This document shows, piece after piece, positions 27,601 to 44,800 of a stretch of 64,000 bases of DNA. Position numbers and translations under genes: made by a program. Below the pieces are notes generated by a model. The model saw only the letters and a program-made list of their open reading frames with translations. It did no database searches and was not told the DNA's origin. How positions within the stretch are numbered: position 1 is the first letter of the stretch; every line of letters begins with the position of its first letter. Source of the stretch: the human T2T-CHM13v2.0 reference genome, Homo sapiens; the NCBI RefSeq assembly GCF_009914755.1, contig NC_060939.1; one strand, written 5' to 3'.

Positions 27601-30600
27601 ATATAAATAATAATATATATAATTACATATTCATATCGTTATATATAATAATACATTTCATATGTAATTATATATATCATATAATAGACAACACACCTAA
27701 TATATAATATATAATATATATTATACAATATAGGATACAAAAGATGTATGATATATAAGATATCATAATATAATATATATTTTAACATTATGTATGTAAC
27801 ATGTAATATGTGATATATAAAATAAATTATGTAATATAAAATAATATAATATAATATATACTATATTAAGGTATATTATGTAAAGTATGTAATAAAATTA
27901 TAAGTAACATAATATATAGTTATATATATTATCTTATGTATTTACATAGAGTATTATACAGTTATATATAATTTTAAATTGTTATATATAATTTAATATA
28001 AAACAAATATAATATACATCATAACATATATATTGTATACCATATATATATTATGTATCATATATTGTATGTTATATATCATATATTGTATATCATATAT
28101 TATATGTTATATGTATCACATTCCACATTTTGTATATTATAAATTATATACAATATATGACATATATTATATTATATATAATAAATTATACATTATATGT
28201 AACATAGTATATATTATATGTAACATGTATATTCTATGTAAAATATATAATATATAACATATTACATATAATTAATAACATAGACATATAATATATATTT
28301 AACATATGTACTATATATACAACGTATTATACATATACTATATAATATATATTATATATATGGCATAAAATATAATATATATTATATGTCATATTTTATA
28401 TATACAATTATATATTATTATATGTTATTTTATATTATCTATAACATAGATATAATATATATACCTATAATGTATATTACATATAACGTAGATATTATAT
28501 ATAATATATATAATGTATATTATATATAACGTAGATATTATATATAATATATATAATGTATATTATATATTTAATACGTATATTAACCATATAATATATT
28601 CTATATATGATATATAATATATATTATATATGTCATAAAACATAATATATAATATATGTCATTGTATAAATATAATACTTATATATTATCAATTATTATA
28701 TTACATTTAATATATATAATATAAGATGCAGGATGTGAGACAATATTATATATATGTTATTTATATTATATATATGATACTATATATTATTGTATACATA
28801 ATGTGTATATATATTTGTGGGTGCCCTATTTCCCATCTCATAACTTGTTTTAAGAAGCGCAGCATAATAATGTGTGGGCTTGGGATTCAGTTTTTGAAAC
28901 AAAACACTGAGCCTTCAATGACCTTTCGGTCTATGTAGAAGCGCTCCTGTCTTCGTGGCAGCAGTTGGACCTCACAATGTGGATTGTGCCGTCACCCTGC
29001 AATGTTTATGCCCTATCGCCATGGTGACGGGATTAGGGATCTCCTGCTCTTGGTCCTAAAGGCCACTGTCTGTGCTGTGTTTTTCAAAGGTCAGCACAGA
29101 GTGAACCTTTGTGGTTTTATTTTCCCTGAGTTTGATTTTTCTCATGGGGAACCTGTGGTGCTGCTTTGAAGGTATATTCATACTGGCCTTTCAAATGCCA
29201 ACTCTTCAAATTACTAGTTAATGCTTTCAAAGTATGTTATTTCAAAAATTATCCTCTGTATTTTCCATATGCAGTTATAAATATGTTGCATGGTTATGTT
29301 TCATTCCTCAGTTTATATATTTGATTATTGTACCAAGCAGCGTACCTTTGAAATTTTTTTTCATCTAAAAAATATGTAAATTAGCTCAGGCCTGTAATCC
29401 CAGCAAATTTGGAGGCCAAGGCAAGGGGATCACAAGGTAAAGAGATCAAGACCATCCTGGCCAATACAGTGAAACGCTGTCACTACTAAAAATCCAAAAA
29501 ATTAGCTAGGCATTGTGGCAGCTGGTGTAGTCCCAGTGTGGTGTAGTCCAAGCTACCTGGGAGGCTGAGGGAGGGCAATCGCTTGAACCCGTGAGGCAGA
29601 TGTTGCAGTGAGCAAATTTGGTGCCATTGTACTCCACCCTGTGCAACAGGACAACACTCTGTCTAAAAAAAAATTATATATGATATATGTTATATGTTAT
29701 GTAATATGCTTTATATGTAATATATAACCTCATATATATTATATGTCATAATATATAATAGTTATCCTGTGTCATATTATATATATTATATATTTCATAA
29801 CATATATAATATATAATACATATTATACATCTTATATATGAAAATATGTAATTAGAGATAAAATAACATATAGTTATATATAATATGATATATAACATAT
29901 ATACTATATCATATATGATATATAATATATAATTTTTTATTGCATATTATAATTCATATATATTATAATTTATATAATGATATAATTATTTATATAATAT
30001 AAATAATTATACATGATTATATAATTATATATAATATAAATAATAATATATATAATTACATATTCATATCGTTATATATAATAATACATTTCATATGTAA
30101 TTATATATATCATATAATAGACAACACACCTAATATATAATATATAATATATATTATACAATATAGGATACAAAAGATGTATGATATATAAGATATCATA
30201 ATATAATATATATTTTAACATTATGTATGTAACATGTAATATGTGATATATAAAATAAATTATGTAATATAAAATAATATAATATAATATATACTATATT
30301 AAGGTATATTATGTAAAGTATGTAATAAAATTATAAGTAACATAATATATAGTTATATATATTATCTTATGTATTTACATAGAGTATTATACAGTTATAT
30401 ATAATTTTAAATTGTTATATATAATTTAATATAAAACAAATATAATATACATCATAACATATATATTGTATACCATATATATATTATGTATCATATATTG
30501 TATGTTATATATCATATATTGTATATCATATATTATATGTTATATGTATCACATTCCACATTTTGTATATTATAAATTATATACAATATATGACATATAT

Positions 30601-33600
30601 TATATTATATATAATAAATTATACATTATATGTAACATAGTATATATTATATGTAACATGTATATTCTATGTAAAATATATGATATATAACATATTACAT
30701 ATAATTAATAACATAGACATATAATATATATTTAACATATGTACTATATATACAACGTATTATACATATACTATATAATATATATTATATATATGGCATA
30801 AAATATAATATATATTATATGTCATATTTTATATATACAATTATATATTATTATATGTTATTTTATATTATCTATAACATAGATATAATATATATACCTA
30901 TAATGTATATTACATATAACGTAGATATTATATATAATATATATAATGTATATTATATATAACGTAGATATTATATATAATATATATAATGTATATTATA
31001 TATTTAATACGTATATTAACCATATAATATATTCTATATATGATATATAATGTATATTATATATGTCATAAAACATAATATATAATATATGTCATTGTAT
31101 AAATATAATACTTATATATTATCAATTATTATATTACATTTAATATATATAATATAAGATGCAGGATGTGAGACAATATTATATATATGTTATTTATATT
31201 ATATATATGATACTATATATTATTGTATACATAATGTGTATATATATTTGTGGGTGCCCTATTTCCCATCTCATAACTTGTTTTAAGAAGCGCAGCATAA
31301 TAATGTGTGGGCTTGGGATTCAGTTTTTGAAACAAAACACTGAGCCTTCAATGACCTTTCGGTCTATGTAGAAGCGCTCCTGTCTTCGTGGCAGCAGTTG
31401 GACCTCACAATGTGGATTGTGCCGTCACCCTGCAATGTTTATGCCCTATCGCCATGGTGACGGGATTAGGGATCTCCTGCTCTTGGTCCTAAAGGCCACT
31501 GTCTGTGCTGTGTTTTTCAAAGGTCAGCACAGAGTGAACCTTTGTGGTTTTATTTTCCCTGAGTTTGATTTTTCTCATGGGGAACCTGTGGTGCTGCTTT
31601 GAAGGTATATTCATACTGGCCTTTCAAATGCCAACTCTTCAAATTACTAGTTAATGCTTTCAAAGTATGTTATTTCAAAAATTATCCTCCGTATTTTCCA
31701 TATGCAGTTATAAATATGTTTCATGGTTATGTTTCATTCCTCAGTTTATATATTTGATTATTGTACCAAGCAGAGTACCTTTGAAATTTTTTTTCATCTA
31801 AAAAATATGTAAATTAGCTCAGGCCTGTAATCCCAGCAAATTTGGAGGCCAAGGCAAGGGGATCACAAGGTAAAGAGATCAAGACCATCCTGGCCAATAC
31901 AGTGAAACGCTGTCACTACTAAAAATCCAAAAAATTAGCTAGGCATTGTGGCAGCTGGTGTAGTCCCAGTGTGGTGTAGTCCAAGCTACCTGGGAGGCTG
32001 AGGGAGGGCAATCGCTTGAACCCGTGAGGCAGATGTTGCAGTGAGCAAATTTGGTGCCATTGTACTCCACCCTGTGCAACAGGACAACACTCTGTCTAAA
32101 AAAAAATTATATATGATATATGTTATATGTTATGTAATATGCTTTATATGTAATATATAACCTCATATATATTATATGTCATAATATATAATAGTTATCC
32201 TGTGTCATATTATATATATTATATATTTCATAACATATATAATATATAATACATATTATACATCTTATATATGAAAATATGTAATTAGAGATAAAATAAC
32301 ATATAGTTATATATAATATGATATATAACATATATACTATATCATATATGATATATAATATATAATTTTTTATTGCATATTATAATTCATATATATTATA
32401 ATTTATATAATGATATAATTATTTATATAATATAAATAATTATACATGCTTATATAATTATATATAATATAAATAATAATATATATAATTACATATTCAT
32501 ATCGTTATATATAATAATACATTTCATATGTAATTATATATATCATATAATAGACAACACACCTAATATATAATATATAATATATATTATACAATATAGG
32601 ATACAAAAGATGTATGATATATAAGATATCATAATATAATATATATTTTAACATTATGTATGTAACATGTAATATGTGATATATAAAATAAATTATGTAA
32701 TATAAAATAATATAATATAATATATACTATATTAAGGTATATTATGTAAAGTATGTAATAAAATTATAAGTAACATAATATATAGTTATATATATTATCT
32801 TATGTATTTACATAGAGTATTATACAGTTATATATAATTTTAAATTGTTATATATAATTTAATATAAAACAAATATAATATACATCATAACATATATATT
32901 GTATACCATATATATATTATGTATCATATATTGTATGTTATATATTATATATTCTATATCATATATCATATATTATATGTTATATATATCACATTCCACA
33001 TTTTGTATATTATAAATTATATACAATATATGACATGTATTATATTATATATAATAAATTATACATTATATGTAACATAGTATATATTATATGTAACATG
33101 TATATTCTATGTAAAATATATAATATATAACATATTACATATAATTAATAACATAGACATATAATATATATTTAATATATGTACTATATATACAACGTAT
33201 TATACATACTCTATATAATATATATTATATATATGGCATAAAATATAATATATATTATATGTCATATTTCATATATACAATTATATATTATTATATGTTA
33301 TTTTATATTATATATAACATAGATATAATATATATACCTATAATGTATATTACATATAACGTAGATATTATATATAATATATATAATGTATATTATATAT
33401 AACGTAGATATTATATATAATATATATAATGTATATTATATATTTAATACGTATACTAACCATATAATATATTCTATATATGATATATAATATATATTAT
33501 ATATGTCATAAAATATAATATATATTATATGTCATTGTATAAATATAATACTTATATATTATCAATTATTATATTACATTTAATATATATAATATAAGAT

Positions 33601-35890
33601 GCAGGATGTGAGACAATATTATATATATGTTATTTATATTATATATATGATACTATATATTATTGTATACATAATGTGTATATATATTTGTGGGTGCCCT
33701 ATTTCCCATCTCATAACTTGTTTTAAGAAGCGCAGCATAATAATGTGTGGGCTTGGGATTCAGTTTTTGAAACAAAACACTGAGCCTTCAATGACCTTTC
33801 GGTCTATGTAGAAGCGCTCCTGTCTTCGTGGCAGCAGTTGGACCTCACAATGTGGATTGTGCCGTCACCCTGCAATGTTTATGCCCTATCGCCATGGTGA
33901 CGGGATTAGGGATCTCCTGCTCTTGGTCCTAAAGGCCACTGTCTGTGCTGTGTTTTTCAAAGGTCAGCACAGAGTGAACCTTTGTGGTTTTATTTTCCCT
34001 GAGTTTGATTTTTCTCATGGGGAACCTGTGGTGCTGCTTTGAAGGTATATTCATACTGGCCTTTCAAATGCCAACTCTTCAAATTACTAGTTAATGCTTT
34101 CAAAGTATGTTATTTCAAAAATTATCCTCCGTATTTTCCATATGCAGTTATAAATATGTTGCATGGTTATGTTTCATTCCTCAGTTTATATATTTGATTA
34201 TTGTACCAAGCAGAGTACCTTTGAAATTTTTTTCATCTAAAAAATATGTAAATTAGCTCAGGCCTGTAATCCCAGCAAATTTGGAGGCCAAGGCAAGGGG
34301 ATCACAAGGTAAAGAGATCAAGACCATCCTGGCCAATACAGTGAAAGGCTGTCACTACTAAAAATCCAAAAAATTAGCTAGGCATTGTGGCAGCTGGTGT
34401 AGTCCCAGTGTGGTGTAGTCCAAGCTACCTGGGAGGCTGAGGGAGGGCAATCGCTTGAACCCGTGAGGCAGATGTTGCAGTGAGCAAATTTGGTGCCATT
34501 GTACTCCACCCTGTGCAACAGGACAACACTCTGTCTAAAAAAAAATTATATATGATATATGTTATATGTTATGTAATATGCTTTATATGTAATATATAAA
34601 CTCATATATATTATATGTCATAATATATAATAGTTATCCTGTGTCATATTATATATATTATATATTTCATAACATATATAATATATAATACATATTATAC
34701 ATCTTATATATGAAAATATGTAATTAGAGATAAAATAACATATAGTTATATATAATATGATATATAACATATATACTATATCATATATGATATATAATAT
34801 ATAATTTTTTATTGCATATTATAATTCATATATATTATAATTTATATAATGATATAATTATTTATATAATATAAATAATTATACATGCTTATATAATTAT
34901 ATATAATATAAATAATAATATATATAATTACATATTCATATCGTTATATATAATAATACATTTCATATGTAATTATATATATCATATAATAGACAACACA
35001 CCTAATATATAATATATAATATATATTATACAATATAGGATACAAAAGATGTATGATATATAAGATATCATAATATAATATATATTTTAACATTATGTAT
35101 GTAACATGTAATATGTGATATATAAAATAAATTATGTAATATAAAATAATATAATATAATATATACTATATTAAGGTATATTATGTAAAGTATGTAATAA
35201 AATTATAAGTAACATAATATATAGTTATATATATTATCTTATGTATTTACATAGAGTATTATACAGTTATATATAATTTTAAATTGTTATATATAATTTA
35301 ATATAAAACAAATATAATATACATCATAACATATATATTGTATACCATATATATATTATGTATCATATATTGTATGTTATATATTATATATTCTATATCA
35401 TATATCATATATTATATGTTATATATATCACATTCCACATTTTGTATATTATAAATTATATACAATATATGACATGTATTATATTATATATAATAAATTA
35501 TACATTATATGTAACATAGTATATATTATATGTAACATGTATATTCTATGTAAAATATATAATATATAACATATTACATATAATTAATAACATAGACATA
35601 TAATATATATTTAACATATGTACTATATATACAACGTATTATACATATACTATATAATATATATTATATATATGGCATAAAATATAATATATATTATATG
35701 TCATATTTTATATATACAATTATATATTATTATATGTTATTTTATATTATCTATAACATAGATATAATATATATACCTATAATGTATATTACATATAACG
35801 TAGATATTATATATAATATATATAATGTATATTATATATAACGTAGATATTATATATAATATATATAATGTATATTATATATTTAATACG

Positions 35891-38800
35891 TATATTAACC
35901 ATATAATATATTCTATATATGATATATAATATATATTATATATGTCATAAAACATAATATATAATATATGTCATTGTATAAATATAATACTTATATATTA
36001 TCAATTATTATATTACATTTAATATATATAATATAAGATGCAGGATGTGAGACAATATTATATATATGTTATTTATATTATATATATGATACTATATATT
36101 ATTGTATACATAATGTGTATATATATTTGTGGGTGCCCTATTTCCCATCTCATAACTTGTTTTAAGAAGCGCAGCATAATAATGTGTGGGCTTGGGATTC
36201 AGTTTTTGAAACAAAACACTGAGCCTTCAATGACCTTTCGGTCTACGTAGAAGCGCTCCTGTCTTCGTGGCAGCAGTTGGACCTCACAATGTGGATTGTG
36301 CCGTCACCCTGCAATGTTTATGCCCTATCGCCATGGTGACGGGATTAGGGATCTCCTGCTCTTGGTCCTAAAGGCCACTGTCTGTGCTGTGTTTTTCAAA
36401 GGTCAGCACAGAGTGAACCTTTGTGGTTTTATTTTCCCTGAGTTTGATTTTTCTCATGGGGAACCTGTGGTGCTGCTTTGAAGGTATATTCATACTGGCC
36501 TTTCAAATGCCAACTCTTCAAATTACTAGTTAATGCTTTCAAAGTATGTTATTTCAAAAATTATCCTCTGTATTTTCCATATGCAGTTATAAATATGTTG
36601 CATGGTTATGTTTCATTCCTCAGTTTATATATTTGATTATTGTACCAAGCAGCGTACCTTTGAAATTTTTTTTCATCTAAAAAATATGTAAATTAGCTCA
36701 GGCCTGTAATCCCAGCAAATTTGGAGGCCAAGGCAAGGGGATCACAAGGTAAAGAGATCAAGACCATCCTGGCCAATACAGTGAAACGCTGTCACTACTA
36801 AAAAACCAAAAAATTAGCTAGGCATTGTGGCAGCTGGTGTAGTCCCAGTGTGGTGTAGTCCAAGCTACCTGGGAGGCTGAGGGAGGGCAATCGCTTGAAC
36901 CCGTGAGGCAGATGTTGCAGTGAGCAAATTTGGTGCCATTGTACTCCACCCTGTGCAACAGGACAACACTCTGTCTAAAAAAAAATTATATATGATATAT
37001 GTTATATGTTATGTAATATGCTTTATATGTAATATATAACCTCATATATATTATATGTCATAATATATAATAGTTATCCTGTGTCATATTATATATATTA
37101 TATATTTCATAACATATATAATATATAATACATATTATACATCTTATATATGAAAATATGTAATTAGAGATAAAATAACATATAGTTATATATAATATGA
37201 TATATAACATATATACTATATCATATATGATATATAATATATAATTTTTTATTGCATATTATAATTCATATATATTATAATTTATATAATGATATAATTA
37301 TTTATATAATATAAATAATTATACATGATTATATAATTATATATAATATAAATAATAATATATATAATTACATATTCATATCGTTATATATAATAATACA
37401 TTTCATATGTAATTATATATATCATATAATAGACAACACACCTAATATATAATATATAATATATATTATACAATATAGGATACAAAAGATGTATGATATA
37501 TAAGATATCATAATATAATATATATTTTAACATTATGTATGTAACATGTAATATGTGATATATAAAATAAATTATGTAATATAAAATAATATAATATAAT
37601 ATATACTATATTAAGGTATATTATGTAAAGTATGTAATAAAATTATAAGTAACATAATATATAGTTATATATATTATCTTATGTATTTACATAGAGTATT
37701 ATACAGTTATATATAATTTTAAATTGTTATATATAATTTAATATAAAACAAATATAATATACATCATAACATATATATTGTATACCATATATATATTATG
37801 TATCATATATTGTATGTTATATATCATATATTGTATATCATATATTATATGTTATATGTATCACATTCCACATTTTGTATATTATAAATTATATACAATA
37901 TATGACATATATTATATTATATATAATAAATTATACATTATATGTAACATAGTATATATTATATGTAACATGTATATTCTATGTAAAATATATGATATAT
38001 AACATATTACATATAATTAATAACATAGACATATAATATATATTTAACATATGTACTATATATACAACGTATTATACATATACTATATAATATATATTAT
38101 ATATATGGCATAAAATATAATATATATTATATGTCATATTTTATAAATACAATTATATATTATTATATGTTATTTTATATTATCTATAACATAGATATAA
38201 TATATATACCTATAATGTATATTACATATAACGTAGATATTATATATAATATATATAATGTATATTATATATAACGTAGATATTATATATAATATATATA
38301 ATGTATATTATATATTTAATACGTATATTAACCATATAATATATTCTATATATGATATATAATGTATATTATATATGTCATAAAACATAATATATAATAT
38401 ATGTCATTGTATAAATATAATACTTATATATTATCAATTATTATATTACATTTAATATATATAATATAAGATGCAGGATGTGAGACAATATTATATATAT
38501 GTTATTTATATTATATATATGATACTATATATTATTGTATACATAATGTGTATATATATTTGTGGGTGCCCTATTTCCCATCTCATAACTTGTTTTAAGA
38601 AGCGCAGCATAATAATGTGTGGGCTTGGGATTCAGTGTTTGAAACAAAACACTGAGCCTTCAATGACCTTTCGGTCTATGTAGAAGCGCTCCTGTCTTCG
38701 TGGCAGCAGTTGGACCTCACAATGTGGATTGTGCCGTCACCCTGCAATGTTTATGCCCTATCGCCATGGTGACGGGATTAGGGATCTCCTGCTCTTGGTC

Positions 38801-41800
38801 CTAAAGGCCACTGTCTGTGCTGTGTTTTTCAAAGGTCAGCACAGAGTGAACCTTTGTGGTTTTATTTTCCCTGAGTTTGATTTTTCTCATGGGGAACCTG
38901 TGGTGCTGCTTTGAAGGTATATTCATACTGGCCTTTCAAATGCCAACTCTTCAAATTACTAGTTAATGCTTTCAAAGTATGTTATTTCAAAAATTATCCT
39001 CCGTATTTTCCATATGCAGTTATAAATATGTTGCATGGTTATGTTTCATTCCTCAGTTTATATATTTGATTATTGTACCAAGCAGAGTACCTTTGAAATT
39101 TTTTTTCATCTAAAAAATATGTAAATTAGCTCAGGCCTGTAATCCCAGCAAATTTGGAGGCCAAGGCAAGGGGATCACAAGGTAAAGAGATCAAGACCAT
39201 CCTGGCCAATACAGTGAAACGCTGTCACTACTAAAAATCCAAAAAATTAGCTAGGCATTGTGGCAGCTGGTGTAGTCCCAGTGTGGTGTAGTCCAAGCTA
39301 CCTGGGAGGCTGAGGGAGGGCAATCGCTTGAACCCGTGAGGCAGATGTTGCAGTGAGCAAATTTGGTGCCATTGTACTCCACCCTGTGCAACAGGACAAC
39401 ACTCTGTCTAAAAAAAAATTATATATGATATATGTTATATGTTATGTAATATGCTTTATATGTAATATATAACCTCATATATATTATATGTCATAATATA
39501 TAATAGTTATCCTGTGTCATATTATATATATTATATATTTCATAACATATATAATATATAATACATATTATACATCTTATATATGAAAATATGTAATTAG
39601 AGATAAAATAACATATAGTTATATATAATATGATATATAACATATATACTATATCATATATGATATATAATATATAATTTTTTATTGCATATTATAATTC
39701 ATATATATTATAATTTATATAATGATATAATTATTTATATAATATAAATAATTATACATGCTTATATAATTATATATAATATAAATAATAATATATATAA
39801 TTACATATTCATATCGTTATATATAATAATACATTTCATATGTAATTATATATATCATATAATAGACAACACACCTAATATATAATATATAATATATATT
39901 ATACAATATAGGATACAAAAGATGTATGATATATAAGATATCATAATATAATATATATTTTAACATTATGTATGTAACATGTAATATGTGATATATAAAA
40001 TAAATTATGTAATATAAAATAATATAATATAATATATACTATATTAAGGTATATTATGTAAAGTATGTAATAAAATTATAAGTAACATAATATATAGTTA
40101 TATATATTATCTTATGTATTTACATAGAGTATTATACAGTTATATATAATTTTAAATTGTTATATATAATTTAATGTAAAACAAATATAATATACATCAT
40201 AACATATATATTGTATACCATATATATATTATGTATCATATATTGTATGTTATATATTATATATTCTATATCATATATCATATATTATATGTTATATATA
40301 TCACATTCCACATTTTGTATATTATAAATTATATACAATATATGACATGTATTATATTATATATAATAAATTATACATTATATGTAACATAGTATATATT
40401 ATATGTAACATGTATATTCTATGTAAAATATATAATATATAACATATTACATATAATTAATAACATAGACATATAATATATATTTAATATATGTACTATA
40501 TATACAACGTATTATACATACTCTATATAATATATATTATATATATGGCATAAAATATAATATATATTATATGTCATATTTCATATATACAATTATATAT
40601 TATTATATGTTATTTTATATTATATATAACATAGATATAATATATATACCTATAATGTATATTACATATAACTTAGATATTATATATAATATATATAATG
40701 TATATTATATATAACGTAGATATTATATATAATATATATAATGTATATTATATATTTAATACGTATACTAACCATATAATATATTCTATATATGATATAT
40801 AATATATATTATATATGTCATAAAATATAATATATATTATATGTCATTGTATAAATATAATACTTATATATTATCAATTATTATATTACATTTAATATAT
40901 ATAATATAAGATGCAGGATGTGAAACAATATTATATATATGTTATTTATATTATATATATGATACTATATATTATTGTATACATAATGTGTATATATATT
41001 TGTGGGTGCCCTATTTCCCATCTCATAACTTGTTTTAAGAAGCGCAGCATAATAATGTGTGGGCTTGGGATTCAGTTTTTGAAACAAAACACTGAGCCTT
41101 CAATGACCTTTCGGTCTATGTAGAAGCGCTCCTGTCTTCGTGGCAGCAGTTGGACCTCACAATGTGGATTGTGCCGTCACCCTGCAATGTTTATGCCCTA
41201 TCGCCATGGTGACGGGATTAGGGATCTCCTGCTCTTGGTCCTAAAGGCCACTGTCTGTGCTGTGTTTTTCAAAGGTCAGCACAGAGTGAACCTTTGTGGT
41301 TTTATTTTCCCTGAGTTTGATTTTTCTCATGGGGAACCTGTGGTGCTGCTTTGAAGGTATATTCATACTGGCCTTTCAAATGCCAACTCTTCAAATTACT
41401 AGTTAATGCTTTCAAAGTATGTTATTTCAAAAATTATCCTCCGTATTTTCCATATGCAGTTATAAATATGTTTCATGGTTATGTTTCATTCCTCAGTTTA
41501 TATATTTGATTATTGTACCAAGCAGAGTACCTTTGAAATTTTTTTTCATCTAAAAAATATGTAAATTAGCTCAGGCCTGTAATCCCAGCAAATTTGGAGG
41601 CCAAGGCAAGGGGATCACAAGGTAAAGAGATCAAGACCATCCTGGCCAATACAGTGAAAGGCTGTCACTACGAAAAATCCAAAAAATTAGCTAGGCATTG
41701 TGGCAGCTGGTGTAGTCCCAGTGTGGTGTAGTCCAAGCTACCTGGGAGGCTGAGGGAGGGCAATCGCTTGAACCCGTGAGGCAGATGTTGCAGTGAGCAA

Positions 41801-44800
41801 ATTTGGTGCCATTGTACTCCACCCTGTGCAACAGGACAACACTCTGTCTAAAAAAAAATTATATATGATATATGTTATATGTTATGTAATATGCTTTATA
41901 TGTAATATATAAACTCATATATATTATATGTCATAATATATAATAGTTATCCTGTGTCATATTATATATATTATATATTTCATAACATATATAATATATA
42001 ATACATATTATACATCTTATATATGAAAATATGTAATTAGAGATAAAATAACATATAGTTATATATAATATGATATATAACATATATACTATATCATATA
42101 TGATATATAATATATAATTTTTTATTGCATATTATAATTCATATATATTATAATTTATATAATGATATAATTATTTATATAATATAAATAATTATACATG
42201 CTTATATAATTATATATAATATAAATAATAATATATATAATTACATATTCATATCGTTATATATAATAATACATTTCATATGTAATTATATATATCATAT
42301 AATAGACAACACACCTAATATATAATATATAATATATATTATACAATATAGGATACAAAAGATGTATGATATATAAGATATCATAATATAATATATATTT
42401 TAACATTATGTATGTAACATGTAATATGTGATATATAAAATAAATTATGTAATATAAAATAATATAATATAATATATACTATATTAAGGTATATTATGTA
42501 AAGTATGTAATAAAATTATAAGTAACATAATATATAGTTATATATATTATCTTATGTATTTACATAGAGTATTATACAGTTATATATAATTTTAAATTGT
42601 TATATATAATTTAATATAAAACAAATATAATATACATCATAACATATATATTGTATACCATATATATATTATGTATCATATATTGTATGTTATATATTAT
42701 ATATTCTATATCATATATCATATATTATATGTTATATATATCACATTCCACATTTTGTATATTATAAATTATATACAATATATGACATGTATTATATTAT
42801 ATATAATAAATTATACATTATATGTAACATAGTATATATTATATGTAACATGTATATTCTATGTAAAATATATAATATATAACATATTACATATAATTAA
42901 TAACATAGACATATAATATATATTTAACATATGTACTATATATACAACGTATTATACATATAATATATAATATATATTATATATATGGCATAAAATATAA
43001 TATATATTATATGTCATATTTTATATATACAATTATATATTATTATATGTTATTTTATATTATCTATAACATAGATATAATATATATACCTATAATGTAT
43101 ATTACATATAACGTAGATATTATATATAATATATATAATGTATATTATATATAACGTAGATATTATATATAATATATATAATGTATATTATATATTTAAT
43201 ACGTATACTAACCATATAATATATTCTATATATGATATATAATATATATTATATATGTCATAAAATATAATATATATTATATGTCATTGTATAAATATAA
43301 TACTTATATATTATCAATTATTATATTACATTTAATATATATAATATAAGATGCAGGATGTGAGACAATATTATATATATGTTATTTATATTATATATAT
43401 GATACTATATATTATTGTATACATAATGTGTATATATATTTGTGGGTGCCCTATTTCCCATCTCATAACTTGTTTTAAGAAGCGCAGCATAATAATGTGT
43501 GGGCTTGGGATTCAGTTTTTGAAACAAAACACTGAGCCTTCAATGACCTTTCGGTCTATGTAGAAGCGCTCCTGTCTTCGTGGCAGCAGTTGGACCTCAC
43601 AATGTGGATTGTGCCGTCACCCTGCAATGTTTATGCCCTATCGCCATGGTGACGGGATTAGGGATCTCCTGCTCTTGGTCCTAAAGGCCACTGTCTGTGC
43701 TGTGTTTTTCAAAGGTCAGCACAGAGTGAACCTTTGTGGTTTTATTTTCCCTGAGTTTGATTTTTCTCATGGGGAACCTGTGGTGCTGCTTTGAAGGTAT
43801 ATTCATACTGGCCTTTCAAATGCCAACTCTTCAAATTACTAGTTAATGCTTTCAAAGTATGTTATTTCAAAAATTATCCTCCGTATTTTCCATATGCAGT
43901 TATAAATATGTTGCATGGTTATGTTTCATTCCTCAGTTTATATATTTGATTATTGTACCAAGCAGCGTACCTTTGAAATTTTTTTTCATCTAAAAAATAT
44001 GTAAATTAGCTCAGGCCTGTAATCCCAGCAAATTTGGAGGCCAAGGCAAGGGGATCACAAGGTAAAGAGATCAAGACCATCCTGGCCAATACAGTGAAAC
44101 GCTGTCACTACTGAAAATCCAAAAAATTAGCTAGGCATTGTGGCAGCTGGTGTAGTCCCAGTGTGGTGTAGTCCAAGCTACCTGGGAGGCTGAGGGAGGG
44201 CAATCGCTTGAACCCGTGAGGCAGATGTTGCAGTGAGCAAATTTGGTGCCATTGTACTCCACCCTGTGCAACAGGACAACATTCTGTCTAAAAAAAAATT
44301 ATATATGATATATGTTATATGTTATGTAATATGCTTTATATGTAATATATAACCTCATATATATTATATGTCATAATATATAATAGTTATCCTGTGTCAT
44401 ATTATATATATTATATATTTCATAACATATATAATATATAATACATATTATACATCTTATATATGAAAATATGTAATTAGAGATAAAATAACATATAGTT
44501 ATATATAATATGATATATAACATATATACTATATCATATATGATATATAATATATAATTTTTTATTGCATATTATAATTCATATATATTATAATTTATAT
44601 AATGATATAATTATTTATATAATATAAATAATTATACATGATTATATAATTATATATAATATAAATAATAATATATATAATTACATATTCATATCGTTAT
44701 ATATAATAATACATTTCATATGTATTTATATATATCATATAATAGACAACACACCTAATATATAATATATAATATATATTATACAATATAGGATACAAAA

